DNA of 64,000 nucleotides from Escherichia coli (GTDB lineage Bacteria; Pseudomonadota; Gammaproteobacteria; Enterobacterales; Enterobacteriaceae): NCBI RefSeq assembly GCF_003334305.1, contig NZ_QOWS01000018.1; one strand, 5' to 3'. Shown piece by piece: positions 62,618 to 64,000 of this stretch (position 1 is its first letter; each line of letters starts with the position of its first letter). The notes under the pieces were generated by a model. It saw only the letters and a program-made list of their open reading frames with translations, ran no database searches and was not told where the DNA came from. The position numbers and the translations under genes were made by a program.

Positions 62618-62632
62618 CAGAACTTTAGCCAT
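62611..62632 (-). pseudogene. wrbA: Orphaned native wrbA start (first ~7 codons) left at attR
   Basis: The complement reads ATGGCTAAAGTTCTGGTGCTTT (MAKVLVL), then runs into element DNA and stops after 10 codons (MAKVLVLLHS*). Confidence 0.8.
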
Positions 62633-63004
62633 TTCTAACCACTCCTCGTGTTATCTCTATTCCGTAGCGATTCGCTACCACTTATTTAAAGATAAGACGT
62701 CCTTTTCAGAGTGCAAATTTCACAACCACTTATTTGATTTATAACAACTTTCACAAGCACGTAATTTTGTCGCAAAATGACACATTTTTATCTCATCGCG
62801 TTTTTTTAATCATAAGAGCGGCTTATGGATAATTATTGGAGATGATATCTATTCTCGCTAAGAAGCTGTTGCAGGATATTACCAAACGCGGGTCTGCCCG
62901 CGTCAGTTCACTAAGCTTAGTCCCACGTAGCGAAAATATGGCAGCCGCCATACGCCGCGTTAATTCTATGCAATATGATGTCTATACCCAGACGGAGGTC
63001 AGTA

Positions 63005-63178
63005 ATGGCAAACCATCGAGGCGGTTCCGGCAATTTTGCAGAAGACCGCGAAAGAGCATCAGAAGCAGGTAAAAAAGGTGGACAGCACAGCGGGGGGAAT
63101 TTCAAGAATGACCCGCAGCGCGCATCTGAAGCAGGTAAAAAAGGTGGCAAGAGCAGTCACGGTAAAAGTGACAACTAG
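63005..63178 (+). CDS. ymdF: Stress-induced KGG-repeat protein YmdF
   Basis: 57-aa MANHRGGSGNFAEDRERASEAGKKGGQHSGGNFKNDPQRASEAGKKGGKSSHGKSDN with a GGAGG RBS. Start trimmed from the track ORF. Confidence 0.92.
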   Translation: MANHRGGSGNFAEDRERASEAGKKGGQHSGGNFKNDPQRASEAGKKGGKSSHGKSDN

Positions 63179-63232
63179 CCGGACTAATCAGTGACGAATG
63201 CATTTTTGTCTGAAGCTCGTCAAAAAGTCATC

Positions 63233-63257
63233 ACCGCCGGTTACCCCGGCGGTTTTC
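63233..63257 (+). terminator. Terminator between ymdF and rutG
   Basis: Stem ACCGCCGG (63233-63240) / CCGGCGGT (63246-63253) followed by a T-run. Confidence 0.75.
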
Positions 63258-63260
63258 TGT

Positions 63261-64000
63261 TTATGGCTCCTGATGAACAACTTCTGGCGGTGGAACGTCA
63301 ACCAACCTTCTGCTTAACAACGCATTGAGTAAAATCGCGCCAAAGGTTGCTGTACCGATCCCTCCCAACGTAAAACCGCCCAGCGTGAGAGCAAAATCAC
63401 CCGCGCCCAGCACTAAGGTTACTGCGACCATAATCAAATTACCGTTCTGGCTTAAATCGACACGGTTTTGTACCCAGATCCTTGCGCCTGCGACGGCAAT
63501 CAGCCCGAACACAACAATTGAAGCACCACCAATCACCGGTGCAGGAATGGTATGGATCAGCGCGCCAAATTTCGGCGAAAAGCCCAACAGCATGGCGATG
63601 ACGGCAGCAGCAACAAACACCAGCGTCGAGTAGACTTTGGTCACGGCCATCACACCGATATTTTCAGCATAGGTGGTCACGCCGCTACCGCCGACAGAGC
63701 CGGAAAGCATCGTTGCCAGACCATCGCCTACGAATGCCCGCCCCATATACGGGTCCATATTGCGTCCGGTCATCCCGGCGACTGCCTTGAGATGACCTAA
63801 GTTTTCCGCCACCAGAATCACCGCCACGGGCGCAATCAGCATCATTGCCTGACCATTAAAAGCAGGAGTGGAAAAATGTGGCAAACCGAACCAGGCAGCA
63901 TGGCTGACGAGAGTAAAATCGACGGCTTTTCCCAGCCCTAAAACGTTGGTCATCACGCCATACAGCAGACAGGCGACAATTAATCCTACGAGAATCAATA
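63261..64000 (-). CDS. rutG: Pyrimidine permease RutG, C-terminal part (5' end outside window)
   Basis: Polytopic NCS2-family sequence ending ...LLNALLSRRLVDVPPPEVVHQEP, recognised as RutG. The track's Met start at 63998 is an artefact of the window edge. Confidence 0.9.
   Translation of the reverse strand, partial: LILVGLIVACLLYGVMTNVLGLGKAVDFTLVSHAAWFGLPHFSTPAFNGQAMMLIAPVAVILVAENLGHLKAVAGMTGRNMDPYMGRAFVGDGLATMLSGSVGGSGVTTYAENIGVMAVTKVYSTLVFVAAAVIAMLLGFSPKFGALIHTIPAPVIGGASIVVFGLIAVAGARIWVQNRVDLSQNGNLIMVAVTLVLGAGDFALTLGGFTLGGIGTATFGAILLNALLSRRLVDVPPPEVVHQEP

Noticed and set aside
62836-63150. 78-aa plus-strand and 77-aa minus-strand ORFs overlapping the wrbA promoter region and ymdF
   Set aside because: They overlap the confidently identified ymdF in other frames or on the other strand. 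The minus-strand frame mirrors the KGG-repeat of ymdF. They are considered spurious.
63261-63998. The track's 245-aa 'complete' ORF for rutG starting with Met at 63998
   Set aside because: The reading frame is open to the window edge, and recalled RutG is about 440 aa. The Met is internal.

Overview
Gene identifications rest on my recall of E. coli K-12 protein and DNA sequences and on motifs read directly from the window; no database search was run. The window is an Escherichia coli chromosomal segment collinear with the K-12 fabA-to-rutG region. Gene order is fabA (partial), ycbZ/lonH, matP, ompA, sulA, sxy, yccS, yccF, helD, mgsA, yccT, yccU, hspQ, rlmI, yccX, tusE, yccA, tRNA-Ser serT, hyaABCDEF, appC-appB-appX-appA, etk-etp-gfcEDCBA, cspH, cspG, ymcE, gnsA, yccM, torS, torT, torR, torCAD, cbpM-cbpA, yccE, agp, yccJ, wrbA, ymdF and rutG (partial). 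I see two structural departures from K-12 as I remember it. (1) There is no IS1 between gfcA and cspH. (2) An AT-rich element of about 11.95 kb (50663-62617) sits in the first codons of wrbA. It is bounded by a 7-bp AAAGCAC repeat and has a large serine recombinase gene just inside the left junction. This element is the part most worth a second look. Its only recognisable virion genes are a tape-measure protein and a Dit-like protein. I recognise no capsid, terminase, portal, tail-tube, lysis or replication genes. It also carries a Dam-type methyltransferase fused to an HTH, and a small serine recombinase next to a res-like site cluster. About 2.4 kb of it has no ORF of 60 aa or more, and those stretches are full of repeated modules, palindromes, promoter/terminator pairs and a candidate small RNA made of tandem 15-nt units. 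It could be a phage satellite or minimal integrative element, or a deletion derivative of a larger prophage. Sequence alone cannot decide between these. Separately, YccE shows Cys and His motifs reminiscent of OTU-family cysteine proteases.
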